Counted from the stretch's first letter, positions 48,235 through 58,056 are shown. The stretch: DNA of 64,000 nucleotides from an uncultured delta proteobacterium (GCA_963704165.1 CAVPHD010000001.1:224001-288000); one strand, 5' to 3'. Notes: generated by a model not told the origin, from the sequence alone. Translations and numbers: made by a program.

Positions 48235-50486
48235 ATGACGTTGCGACGCGCGCTTCTCGCTCTCGCGCTCGCCGTCGGATGTGAGGGTGGGGAGTCATCC
48301 CGTCCTCCCGAATCGCCGCCTCCTCAGAGGTCGGATCCAGCGCGCTTCGTCGCCGACTCGACCTGCCGCGAGTGCCACGAGGCGCAGGAAGCGGCCTGGA
48401 CCGGATCCCACCACGACCGCGCGATGGAGATCGCAGATGCAGACACGGTGCTCGGGGACTTCTCCGGCGCCGATCCGGGCTTCGCGCTCGTCGACGGGAA
48501 GCACGTCGTGCGCGCAGAGGGCCCGGACGGCGTTCGCGGAGAGTTCCCGGCGCCGTACACCTTCGGTGTCTCGCCGCTGCAGCAGATGCTCGTCGAGATC
48601 CCGGGCGGCCGGCTTCAGGGCTTCACCACGGCGTGGGACACCGAAAAGCGTCGTTGGTTCTCGCTCCACCCCGGAGAGACGCTCCCGGCGGCTGACGCGC
48701 TTCACTGGAGCGGGCGCTACCAGCGCTGGAACGCGATGTGCGCGGACTGCCACTCGACCGGCGTGAAGAAGGGCTACGACGCCGCGACCGACACGTACGA
48801 GACGACCTGGGCGGCGATCGACGTCGGCTGCCAGGCGTGTCACGGGCCGGGCTCCGCGCACGTCGAACGCGCACGCGCGACCGGGAGCGATCTCGCGTCG
48901 TCCTCGCGGGGCAGCGGATTGCTCGTCGATCTCGAGGACGCCCGACGCGAGGTCGAGAGCTGCGCGCCGTGCCACGCGCGGCGCGCGCAGATTCGCGCCG
49001 AGATCCCCTACGGCCGGCCGTTTCTCGACGGCTTCCTGCCCGCCACGCTCGACGAGGGCCTGTACCACGCGGATGGTCAGATCGACGCCGAGGTCTACGA
49101 GTACGGATCGTTCCTGCAGAGCCTGATGTACGCGCGCGGCGTGCGCTGCAGCGACTGCCACGACTCGCACAGCGGAAAGCTCGAAGCGGAAGGCAACGAC
49201 CTCTGTTCGCGCTGCCACTCGACCGAGCCCGATCCACGCTTTCCGACGCTTGCGTCGAAGGTCTACGACTCGTCCGATCATCACCATCACGCGGAGGGCA
49301 GCGCGGGTAGCTCGTGCGTCGGCTGTCACATGCCCGACGAAGAACTACATGGTGGTCGACCCGCGACAGGACCATTCGATCCGCGTCCCGCGTCCCGACC
49401 TGTCGGTGACGCTCGGGACGCCGAACGCGTGCAATGTCTGTCATGCCGATCGCAAGCCCGAGTGGGCCGCCGAGAAGGTGGTGAAGTGGTACGGGCCGGA
49501 ACGCAGGATGGGAGCGCACTTCGGCCAGATCTTCGCGGCCGCGCGCGCGGGCGACGGCGGCTCGATTCCCGCGCTCATGAAGATCGCCGACGATCCGGCG
49601 CAGCCGGTCGTCGTGCGCGCGACCGCGCTCGGGCTGCTCGAGCCGGCCGGGACCCGGAATCGTCCCGGTGCTCGAGCGCGCCGCGCGAGAGAGCGATCCG
49701 TGGCTTCGCAGCGCGGCAGCGGGCGCGTGCGATGCGCTCCCCGGCGAGGCGCGGCTCGCGATCGCGGAGGCGCTGCTTTCCGACCCGGTGCTCGGCGTGC
49801 GCATCGAGGCCGCGCGTGTCCTCTCGGTTCTGCCCGACGATCAACTCACGCAAGCGACACGGGATCGCGTCAGTGCCGGGCTGCGCGAGTTCGAGACCGC
49901 ACAGCGCGTGCAGGGCGATCTGCCCGGCGCTCATCTGAATCTCGGCGTGGTGCTCGCGAATCGCGGCCAGGACACGCGCGCCGAGGCGGAGTACCGGGTC
50001 GCGTTGCGAATGGATCCGGCCTTCCTGCCGGCGAGCTTCAACCTCGCCACGCTGCTCAACAAGCTGGGGCGGAACTCCGACGCGGAGAGCGTCCTGCGCG
50101 AGGCGATCGCGCTCTCGCCCGAACAGGGCGATCTGCACTACTCGCTCGGTCTCCTGCTCGTCGAGGATGGACGGCTCGAGCCGGGCACCGACGCGCTCGG
50201 ACGCGCGGCGGAGCTGATGCCGGAGCGAGCGAGGGTCCGATACAACCACGGACTCGCGCTCCTGCGGACCGGAAAGCAGGTCGAGGCCGGTCGGGCGCTG
50301 CGCGGCGCGTACGATCTCGGAAGGCAGGATCCGCAGATCGTGCACGCGCTGACGCTGTTCTACGCGCAGGCGGGTGAGTGGCGGAAGGCGCTGCCGTTGG
50401 CCCGCGAGCTGGTCGCGCTCGCACCCGCGGATCCGGGCGCGAAGGAGATGCTCTCGAGGATCGAGGCCGAGCTCAGCGCACCGTGA
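48235..50486 (+). CDS. Multiheme c-type cytochrome with HEAT/TPR repeats (apparent frameshifts near 49338 and 49660)
   Basis: Lipobox AVGC; eight CxxCH motifs (CRECH, CADCH, CQACH, CAPCH, CSDCH, CSRCH, CVGCH, then CNVCH after the shift); TPR-like C-terminus. Confidence 0.85.
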
Positions 50487-50964
50487 TCTCGACCCGGCGG
50501 TTGTTCTTGCGACCCTGCGCCGACGCGTTCGAAGCGGCGGGAGACGAGGTCGAGAAGGACGTCACGTGCATTCGCGGGGGAGCGATTCCGAGCGCCTGCA
50601 GGTAGCTCGCACACGCCTGTGCGCGCTGACCCGAGAGCATCTGGTTCGTGAGTTCGCCGCCGGTCGCGTCGGCGAAACCCTGCACGTCGAACGTCGCCTG
50701 CGGGTAGGGCGCCATCTTCTCGGCGAACCAGCGCATCTGGCGCTGCGCGTCGGCGTCGAGTTCCGCGCTGCCGGTCTCGAAGTAGACCACGGCCGCGTAC
50801 TTCTGCGCCTCCGCGTGCGCCGCCGAGTCCATCGCGCGCTGCTGCGCGTTCTGCTGCTCGAGCTGCTCGTACTGCTGGTTGTACGCGTTGTTGTAGGCCG
50901 TCTGACAGCCCACCGCGCCGAGCGCGGCGACGACGAGCGCGATCCGGAACACGGCCACCCTCAT
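50473..50964 (-). CDS. OmpA-family peptidoglycan-binding lipoprotein
   Basis: Lipobox AVGC; VYFETGSAEL, GFADATG, NQMLSGQRA and NRRVEI. Confidence 0.9.
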   Translation of the reverse strand: MRVAVFRIALVVAALGAVGCQTAYNNAYNQQYEQLEQQNAQQRAMDSAAHAEAQKYAAVVYFETGSAELDADAQRQMRWFAEKMAPYPQATFDVQGFADATGGELTNQMLSGQRAQACASYLQALGIAPPRMHVTSFSTSSPAASNASAQGRKNNRRVEITVR

Positions 50965-51368
50965 TTCGCCGGCCTCGCTTCGAACGCGGCCGTGACCTCG
51001 GTGAGAGAGAGCGACCCGTCGTCGTCCGCGTCGATGTCGAAGAACATCTCGACGCGGCCGCTCAGGAACTCCTTGCGCGAGACCTTGCCATCCGAGTCCC
51101 GATCGATCCTCGCAAAGTCCTCTTTGATCACGACGACCTTCACGAACTCCGCCTCGGTGAGAGACCCGTCCTTGTCGGCGTCTCCGAGAAAGTAGATGTC
51201 GACCAGGCGATCGTAGAACTCGTTGATCTCGACTCCGCCATCACCATTCGTGTCGGCTTGGTCGAAGGCCGCGCGCACGTCGTAGTCCGCGGTCTCTTGC
51301 GCGCTCGCGCCCGTTGCTCCGATCGCCAAAGCGACAAACACGCTGATTGCTCGAATTCGCATCGTCAT
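50961..51368 (-). CDS. Secreted EF-hand calcium-binding protein
   Basis: Signal peptide (GASA-Q); four DxDxDG-type loops: DTNGDG, DADKDG, DRDSDG, DADDDG. Confidence 0.85.
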   Translation of the reverse strand: MTMRIRAISVFVALAIGATGASAQETADYDVRAAFDQADTNGDGGVEINEFYDRLVDIYFLGDADKDGSLTEAEFVKVVVIKEDFARIDRDSDGKVSRKEFLSGRVEMFFDIDADDDGSLSLTEVTAAFEARPAK

Positions 51369-51379
51369 CGCTTCCATCC

Positions 51380-51880
51380 CTATGAGTTCTGGATCTTCCA
51401 CGTGCCATCGGCCTGGCGGCACGCGGTACCGTACGTCTGCTGCTTCTCGTCCCCGATCCACACGTCCTGCTTGTACTCCCGACAGTACTGGCCGGTCGCG
51501 AGCTGGTAGGTCTTCGTCGGCGTGACGGATCCGTGGTTTCCCGAATCCGGGTTGCTCCAGGCCGATGCCTGGCCCGAATGGTTCTGCTCGAAAGCGCGCG
51601 CGGCTGCCTGCGCAGCCATCTGCTTGTCCTTCTCGTCGAGGCGATGACCGACGTACCCGCCGAGCAGCCCGCCGACCAGCGCACCCGCGACGACGGCCCC
51701 GCCCTTTCCGCCCATGGCGCCGACGAGAAACGCGCCCGCGCCCGCGCCGATCACCGAGCCGAGGACGGCCTTCGGATTGTTCTCGACGCCCTTTTCCGCG
51801 GACTGCATCTGGGCGCAACCGGTGAACAGCGTGGCGACGAGCAGCGCGGCCAGGACGCGCTGCGGATTGGGCATTCTCAT
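51380..51880 (-). CDS. 17-kDa surface antigen (RT0821/Lpp0805-like) glycine-zipper lipoprotein
   Basis: Lipobox FTGC; glycine zipper; WSNPDSGNHG, CREY and GTACRQADGTW. Confidence 0.9.
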   Translation of the reverse strand: MRMPNPQRVLAALLVATLFTGCAQMQSAEKGVENNPKAVLGSVIGAGAGAFLVGAMGGKGGAVVAGALVGGLLGGYVGHRLDEKDKQMAAQAAARAFEQNHSGQASAWSNPDSGNHGSVTPTKTYQLATGQYCREYKQDVWIGDEKQQTYGTACRQADGTWKIQNS

Positions 51881-52008
51881 CGTCTCTCCCGTCCGCGATC
51901 TCGCGAACTCTCCGGGCGGCACCATAGCGCGTATCGCCGAGATGAGTCGACAGTGTGTTGCGCGCCATGCAATGCTTCCGCGCACCGAACCAACCGGAGG
52001 GTATCGAC

Positions 52009-52449
52009 GTGAAGACCTCGATCGCTATCGGCACCGCAGCTTTGTTCCTCGTGATCTCGCTCGGCGCACATGCACAGACCGCGAAGTGGGATCAGACTGC
52101 GGTCACGGCCGCGGCCGCCGAGTTCGAGTCCGCCGTCTCGGGCTTGCGCGATGCGGTTCGCCAGAGCAATGCGTGGTCGGTCACCCCCAACCGGGCGAAG
52201 CTGTACCAGATCTCGCAGGATCTGCGGAAGATCGAATGGCTCGCGCAGAGCCTTCACGGAGACCTGAAGAAGGGCGAAGGCCTCGAGGCCACGACGCCGG
52301 TCTACGAAGAGATCCTCGAGAATCGCGAGTACGCCAAAGCGGACGCGGCGTTCGTCGACATCAACGAGTTCCTCAAGCCGAAGATCACCACCTCGCGAGC
52401 GGCGCTCGCGAAGCTCGCCGCATTCTACGCCAAGCAGCCCACGCCCTGA
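52009..52449 (+). CDS. Hypothetical secreted protein
   Basis: GGAGG RBS, GTG start, signal peptide ending AHA-Q, helical body. Confidence 0.7.
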   Translation: MKTSIAIGTAALFLVISLGAHAQTAKWDQTAVTAAAAEFESAVSGLRDAVRQSNAWSVTPNRAKLYQISQDLRKIEWLAQSLHGDLKKGEGLEATTPVYEEILENREYAKADAAFVDINEFLKPKITTSRAALAKLAAFYAKQPTP

Positions 52450-53349
52450 GCGCCGAGTCGACGAAGCCCGGCAAGTCGAGCACTGCCGAAGCCGTCACCG
52501 ACGGAATCGATCTCGGCGGAAGGCTCGCGCTCGTCACCGGCGTCAACTCCGGAATCGGGTTCGAGACCATGCGCGTGCTCGCGATTGCGCGGCGCGCACG
52601 TGATCGGCACGGCGCGCACTCTCGACAAGGCCGTAGCGGCGTGCGGTCAGGTGGTCGGCGCGACATCCGCGCTCGCGTGCGAGCTCGAGAGTCGGGACTC
52701 GATTCGGGCCTGTGCGCGTGAGGTCGAGCGACTCGGACGGCCGCTCGATCTCTGTATCGCCAACGCGGGGATCATGGCGCTTCCGCGGCGAGAGCTGGTG
52801 AACGGGATCGAGAAGCAGTTCGCCACCAATCACCTGGGTCACTTCCTGCTGGTCCATCTGCTGCGCGCGCAGATCGAAGCCGCGCGCTCGCCGCGCGTGG
52901 TCGTCGTGAGCAGCGCCGCGCACTTCCAGGCGCCCGCGGACGGCATCGACTTCGACGATCTCTCGGCCGAGCGCAGCTACGGCGCGTGGCGCGCCTACGG
53001 ACAATCGAAGCTGGCCAACGTGCTCTTCGCGAAGTCGTTGGCGCGCAGGCTCGGCCCGAACCGCGCGGCCAATGCGCTGCACCCGGGCGTGATCGGAACG
53101 AATCTCGGCCGACACATGAATCCCGTGCTCGGCGCCGTCGCCGGCTTCGTGCTGAGACCGTTCGGGAAGACGATTGCGCAGGGCGCCGCGACGAGCTGCT
53201 ACGTCGCGACGCGACCCGAGCTCGAGGGCGTCAGCGGCGAGTACTTCTCCGATTGCGCGATCGCGAAGCCGAGTCGATGGGCGAACGACGAAGCGCTCGC
53301 CGAACGTCTCTGGGAGGTCTCGGAGAAGCTCACCGGACTTCGCTCGTAG
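52446..53349 (+). CDS. SDR family oxidoreductase (retinol dehydrogenase/WWOX-like); apparent frameshift near 52584; start approximate
   Basis: STAEAVTDGIDL..ALVTGVNSGIG in one frame; NAGIMA, NHLGHF, YGQSKLAN (YxxxK) and QGAAT in the next. Confidence 0.85.
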
Positions 53350-53352
53350 GCG

Positions 53353-54912
53353 TCACTCGCGCACCCGATCCTTGCGCTCGAAGACCGTGATCGATCCGGC
53401 CGATCCATCGCGGCGGATCTCGAAGCGGCCGACGATCACGTAATCGCGCTCCAGGTAGGAGCGGGCCCACTCGAGCACGTAGCGCTCCGAGCCGGGTCTC
53501 CACATCCAGGACGTGAACGAGTCGACGAGGACGACGAGGGCCGGTCGCGCGGCCTCGACCTCCGCGGCGAGCTCCTTCTGCATCTCGAGGCTGTACGGCT
53601 GCACCTCCGTGAGCCCATACATGTAGAGGTGACCCGTCGCGCTGCGGCGATCGGAATAGAAGAGGATCTGCGGCTCCGAGCCGATCACCGCGATGCGTTC
53701 GTCGGGTCGCGTCCTCTCTTCGACGAACGCCGCGACCTCGATCGATTCGGGGAACGGGTTCTTGCGATAGACCGCATGCGAGAATTCGACGGGAGACAGC
53801 CGGAAGTACGGCGCTCGCTCGCTCACGATCAGAACCGCCGCAGCCACGAGGAGAGCGGCGATGGCGAGCTCTCGGTTCAGTCGTCGCGCGATCGCGCCCA
53901 CGCCCACGCCCGCGAGCAACGCGACGGCCGGCCACATCGGAATGAAGTAGTGGTGACGGAAGTGCCAGCCGGGCAGGACCGAGAGCGTAGAGAAGAGCAG
54001 CAATCCGACGAGGAATCTCGAAGATCGCCGAGCGACGACGTCCCAGATCGGAGCGAAGAGTCCCACGACGGCGAGCGCGCCAAATCCGGCCAGCGGCTGC
54101 ATGCGACCGAGCGCGATGCCGAGGCGGGTGACACCGTACGACGTCGACTCGGACGACGCATAGCTTGCCGCGTAGACGAAATTCCAGAACCAGAAGCGCT
54201 CGAAGACACCGGCGATGAAGAGCAACATCGACACGGCGATGAACGGCGCGAGCGCCCCCGCGCCAAACGCAGCCAGGCGCCGGAACGTCGGGCCTCGGCC
54301 GGCGGTGGATTCGCCGCGCGATTCCAGGAAGATCCAGAGAGCTCCGAAGACCGCGAACACGACTCCGTGCTGCTTCATCGTGTAGGCCAGACCGAGAAGC
54401 GCGCCGCTCGCGAAGAGCGCGCCGGTTCGCCTCGATTCGATGGCGCGGAGGAGGAGGAGCAATCCGCCGACGGCGAACGGCACGACGAAGTGAGTCGCGT
54501 GAGCGGCGGGGCCGAAGACGGAGATGCTGAGCGACATCAGCCCGTACACGGAGCCTGCGACGGCGCCCGTGCGCTCGTCGGCGAGCCGCCGCCCGAGCGC
54601 GAACACCAGGAGCATCGAGAGCCCGCTGACCAGCAAGAGCCCGAGCCGGATCGCGAAGGCGGTCGGACCGAAGGACGCCATCACCGCCGCGTACACCGCG
54701 TAGACCCCGGGCATCTTCATGCTGTACGCCTCGGCGTACGGCGCAACGCCGCTCGACAGGAGCTGCGCGATGTAGGCGTACTCTCCCTCGTCGCGCTCGA
54801 GCGGGAAGTCCGCGAGTCGCAGCCGCACGAACGCGACGAAGAACACGGTGGCCGCGAGCAGGCCGACCGCGAGGAGCGTCCACGGCTTTTCGTTCGTCGT
54901 TCGCGATGTCAT
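53353..54912 (-). CDS. Glycosyltransferase family 39 (ArnT-like) membrane protein
   Basis: PLERDEGEYAY, MKMPG, MKQHG, many TM helices and GSEPQILFYS. Confidence 0.85.
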   Translation of the reverse strand: MTSRTTNEKPWTLLAVGLLAATVFFVAFVRLRLADFPLERDEGEYAYIAQLLSSGVAPYAEAYSMKMPGVYAVYAAVMASFGPTAFAIRLGLLLVSGLSMLLVFALGRRLADERTGAVAGSVYGLMSLSISVFGPAAHATHFVVPFAVGGLLLLLRAIESRRTGALFASGALLGLAYTMKQHGVVFAVFGALWIFLESRGESTAGRGPTFRRLAAFGAGALAPFIAVSMLLFIAGVFERFWFWNFVYAASYASSESTSYGVTRLGIALGRMQPLAGFGALAVVGLFAPIWDVVARRSSRFLVGLLLFSTLSVLPGWHFRHHYFIPMWPAVALLAGVGVGAIARRLNRELAIAALLVAAAVLIVSERAPYFRLSPVEFSHAVYRKNPFPESIEVAAFVEERTRPDERIAVIGSEPQILFYSDRRSATGHLYMYGLTEVQPYSLEMQKELAAEVEAARPALVVLVDSFTSWMWRPGSERYVLEWARSYLERDYVIVGRFEIRRDGSAGSITVFERKDRVRE

Positions 54913-54981
54913 CTCGAGTCTGCCCCGATGATCGCGCCTTTTCGCCGAATTCGGGAGCTGCGTATAGACTCGGAACTTCCG

Positions 54982-55821
54982 ATGGCGCAACACGGAATCG
55001 AGATGATCCTGATCCGGCGGCTGGCGAGCCAGCTCTCGATGCCGATGGTCTTGGTGGATCCGAGCGGCGACCTCGTCTTCTTCAATGCCGCGGCCTCGCC
55101 GATTCTCGGCCGGCGCTTCTCCGACTCCGACTCGGTCCTGCGCGGTGAGTGGGCAACGCTCTTCGACCCGGCGAATCAGGGCGGCGACACGCTGAAGCGA
55201 GAGGAGCTTCCGCTGTTCATCGCAAGCGAACGCCGAAGGCCCTCGCATCGAAGGGGTCGGGTCCGCTGTCTCGACGGGGCCGTGCGCGACCTCGAGGGCA
55301 TCGCCTTCCCGCTGATCGGGCAGGGGGAACGGATGCTCGGTGCGGTGAGCGTGTTCTGGGAGCCGGGTACACCGCCACCGCCCGGTGTACCCCGTGGCGA
55401 GGGACCCCTCGACCTGGCGTCGCCCGGTGGGGATCGGCCGGTGGAGCTCCTGCTGATGCGCCAGCTCGCGAGCTACCTTTCGACCGCGATCTTCCTGATC
55501 GGACCGGACGGCAGCGTGCTCTTCTTCAACGAGCCGGCCGCACGGATGATCGGGCGTCGCTTCGAGGAAGCCGAGCAGATGAGCGCCGAGGAGTGGTCGG
55601 CCCTGCTCGAACCCACCGACGAGACGGGTGCACCGATCGGCGTCGGCGAGCGGCCGATGGTGATCGCCGCGCGACGTCAGCTTCCCACGCACCGGCGCTT
55701 CTCGATTCGCGGCCTCGACGGCGTTCCGCACAGCGTCGAAGGCCTCGCGCTTCCCCTCGTCGCGAACTCGGGCCGCAGACTCGGGGCCGTGGGCATCTTC
55801 TGGGAGCGAGGCGATTCATGA
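54982..55821 (+). CDS. Tandem PAS-domain protein with no output domain
   Basis: Two internal repeats of E.IL.R.LAS.LS....L.....G...FFN..A....GRRF...LDG.....EG.A.PL......LGAV..FWE. Confidence 0.82.
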   Translation: MAQHGIEMILIRRLASQLSMPMVLVDPSGDLVFFNAAASPILGRRFSDSDSVLRGEWATLFDPANQGGDTLKREELPLFIASERRRPSHRRGRVRCLDGAVRDLEGIAFPLIGQGERMLGAVSVFWEPGTPPPPGVPRGEGPLDLASPGGDRPVELLLMRQLASYLSTAIFLIGPDGSVLFFNEPAARMIGRRFEEAEQMSAEEWSALLEPTDETGAPIGVGERPMVIAARRQLPTHRRFSIRGLDGVPHSVEGLALPLVANSGRRLGAVGIFWERGDS

Positions 55822-56654
55822 AGGTCACGTTCTGGGGCACACGCGGGTCCCTGCCGACTCCGGGCCCCGAAACTACGCGCTACGGCGGAAACACCTGCTG
55901 CGTCGAGGTCCGCGCGAGCGACGAATCGATCGTGGTCCTCGATGCGGGAAGCGGCATCCGCAGGCTCGGCGCCGCGATCGGGCCCGAGGTGCGGCGCATC
56001 GACATCTTGCTGACACACCTGCACCTCGACCACATCGAGGGACTCGGGTTCTTCGCACCGCTCTTCCGGCGCGGGCTCGAGGTCCACATCTGGGGTCCGG
56101 CCTCGACGACGCTCGATCTGCGCGCGCGGCTCACCCGCTATCTGTCGCCGCCGATCTTCCCCGTCCGGCTCCGCGATCTTCCCTGCCGGCTCGAGCTTCA
56201 CGACGTCGCGAGCGTAGAACGCATCCACGTCGGTCCGCTCGAGGTCCGCGCCGCGCTGGTCTGCCATCCGGGGCCGACGGTCGGCTTCCGCATCCGCGAG
56301 GGCGACACGTCGGTCACCTACCTGCCCGACCACGAACCCGCGTTCGGCGCGATCGACTTCCCGCGCAATCCCGAATGGACCTCCGGCTTCGAGCTCGCCG
56401 CCGACACGGATCTCTTGATCCACGACGCGCAGTACGGCGACGCAGAGTACGGAGACCGCGTGGGCTGGGGCCACTCGTCGCTGCCCGACCTGCTGACGTT
56501 CGCGAAAGCCAGCCGGGCATCGCGCGTCGTCCCCTTCCATTACGACCCCGAACACGGCGACGCCGAGCTCGACCGCCGCTTCGAGGCGATCCAGGGGGAA
56601 GCCCTGCCTTTCGACTTCATTCCGGCCATCGAAGGCGCGAGCGTCGATCTCTGA
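55818..56654 (+). CDS. MBL-fold metallo-hydrolase (RNase Z/phosphodiesterase-like)
   Basis: FWGTRGS...RYGGNT, LDAGSG, THLHLDH (HxHxDH), PDHE, HDAQY, GWGHS and FHYDP; ATGA overlap with the PAS gene. Confidence 0.9.
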   Translation: MKVTFWGTRGSLPTPGPETTRYGGNTCCVEVRASDESIVVLDAGSGIRRLGAAIGPEVRRIDILLTHLHLDHIEGLGFFAPLFRRGLEVHIWGPASTTLDLRARLTRYLSPPIFPVRLRDLPCRLELHDVASVERIHVGPLEVRAALVCHPGPTVGFRIREGDTSVTYLPDHEPAFGAIDFPRNPEWTSGFELAADTDLLIHDAQYGDAEYGDRVGWGHSSLPDLLTFAKASRASRVVPFHYDPEHGDAELDRRFEAIQGEALPFDFIPAIEGASVDL

Positions 56655-56691
56655 GTCGCGACGCACGACGCCACAGGAGGATGCAGACACG

Positions 56692-57900
56692 ATGCTGACG
56701 CGCCGCACGTTCAACAGGCTCGTGCTCGGATCGCTCGGCGCCGCCGCGCTGCCCGGGTGCTCGCCGGGCGAGTACACCGACGACGACGTGCGCGATCTGG
56801 CGCTGCAGATGCAGCGAGAGCGCGAGCTCTCGGGCCAGGGGCCGCACGGGCCGCTGCACTTCGCGGGCTATCGCGACCTCGCCCGCCTGCCCTACTTCGA
56901 GCTGCAGCCCGACGGTCTGCTCCGACTCCGGGTCGAGGGCCTGCCCCCGGCCATCGACCTTCATACGCATCTCGGTGTCGCGCTGCTCTTCGCCCCGGCG
57001 ATCGATCTGCAGCGACGCACCGCGCGCACGCGTTACCTGCTCGACTGCGACCGCGAGACACCCGGCTGCGACCTCGACCTCGACGTCTACATCAACGCCA
57101 ACTTCAGCGACGAGGCGCACGCGGAGATGACGCGCGAGATCCGCAACCAGCTGCTATGGGGCAGCGAAGCGGCCGCGACGCACACGATCCCGAACCTGGT
57201 CGCCGAGATGGACGCCTTGGGATTCCAGCAGGCGGCGGTGCTCGCGATCGCTGCGGGGCTGCCGTTCGGCGACGACATGACGCAGACCTGGCACGACGAG
57301 ATCGCGCGGGCCGACGTCGCCGATCGGCTGCTGCTCTTCGCGTCGGTCCACCCGGGCGACTCCGAGTGGCGCGCGAAGCTGCGAGCGGCGGCGGCACAGG
57401 GCGCGCGCGGCGTGAAGCTGCACCCGGAGATGCAGCGCTTCTTCCCCGACGAGCCGCGCGCCCTCGAGATCTACGCCGAGTGCGAGAAGCTCGGCCTGCC
57501 GATCATCTTCCACGCGGGCCGTTCGGGAATCGAGCCGACCTTCATGCGGAAGTACGCGCTGATCCCGCGCCTCGAGCGCGGCATCGCCGAGTTCCCACGC
57601 GTGCAATTCATCTTCGGTCACGCCGGCGCGCGCGACGTCGCGCCCGCGGTCGAGCTCGCCCGACGCTACCGCAACGTCTGGCTCGAGATCACCGGCCAGG
57701 GCGTCACGACGCTGCAATCCATCGTCGACGAGTTCCGCGCCGAGCGCCTCGTCTTCGGCAGCGACTGGCCCTTCTACCCGCTCGCCGCGACGCTCGCGAA
57801 AGTCCTCCTCGTCACCGAATCGAACCCCTCCGCCCGCGCCGCCATCCTCCGCACCAACGCCGACCAGATGTTCGAAGCGGCGGGGCAAGGACGAGAGTAA
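56692..57900 (+). CDS. Amidohydrolase family protein with a Tat/lipoprotein signal
   Basis: MLTRRTF twin-arginine signal, LPGC lipobox, IDLHTH, GVKLHP, FHAG and LVFGSDWP. Confidence 0.85.
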   Translation: MLTRRTFNRLVLGSLGAAALPGCSPGEYTDDDVRDLALQMQRERELSGQGPHGPLHFAGYRDLARLPYFELQPDGLLRLRVEGLPPAIDLHTHLGVALLFAPAIDLQRRTARTRYLLDCDRETPGCDLDLDVYINANFSDEAHAEMTREIRNQLLWGSEAAATHTIPNLVAEMDALGFQQAAVLAIAAGLPFGDDMTQTWHDEIARADVADRLLLFASVHPGDSEWRAKLRAAAAQGARGVKLHPEMQRFFPDEPRALEIYAECEKLGLPIIFHAGRSGIEPTFMRKYALIPRLERGIAEFPRVQFIFGHAGARDVAPAVELARRYRNVWLEITGQGVTTLQSIVDEFRAERLVFGSDWPFYPLAATLAKVLLVTESNPSARAAILRTNADQMFEAAGQGRE

Positions 57901-57904
57901 ATCC

Positions 57905-57981
57905 TGGCGCGCCCAGCAAGACTCGAACTTGCGACCTTCAGGTCCGCAACCTGACGCTCTATCCAACTGAGCTATGGGCGC
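57905..57981 (-). tRNA. tRNA-Arg (anticodon GCG)
   Basis: GCGCCCA acceptor stem pairs with TGGGCGC-G-CCA; D-loop AGTTGGATA with A20; anticodon arm TCAGG-TTGCGGA-CCTGA; T-arm GCAAG-TTCGAGT-CTTGC; 77 nt. Confidence 0.95.
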
Positions 57982-58056
57982 GCGCGAACGGCCGGCAGCT
58001 TAGCAAACCATGTCTGCCGACGAGATCCCGGTCCGGGTCCAGATCAAAGGACGTGC

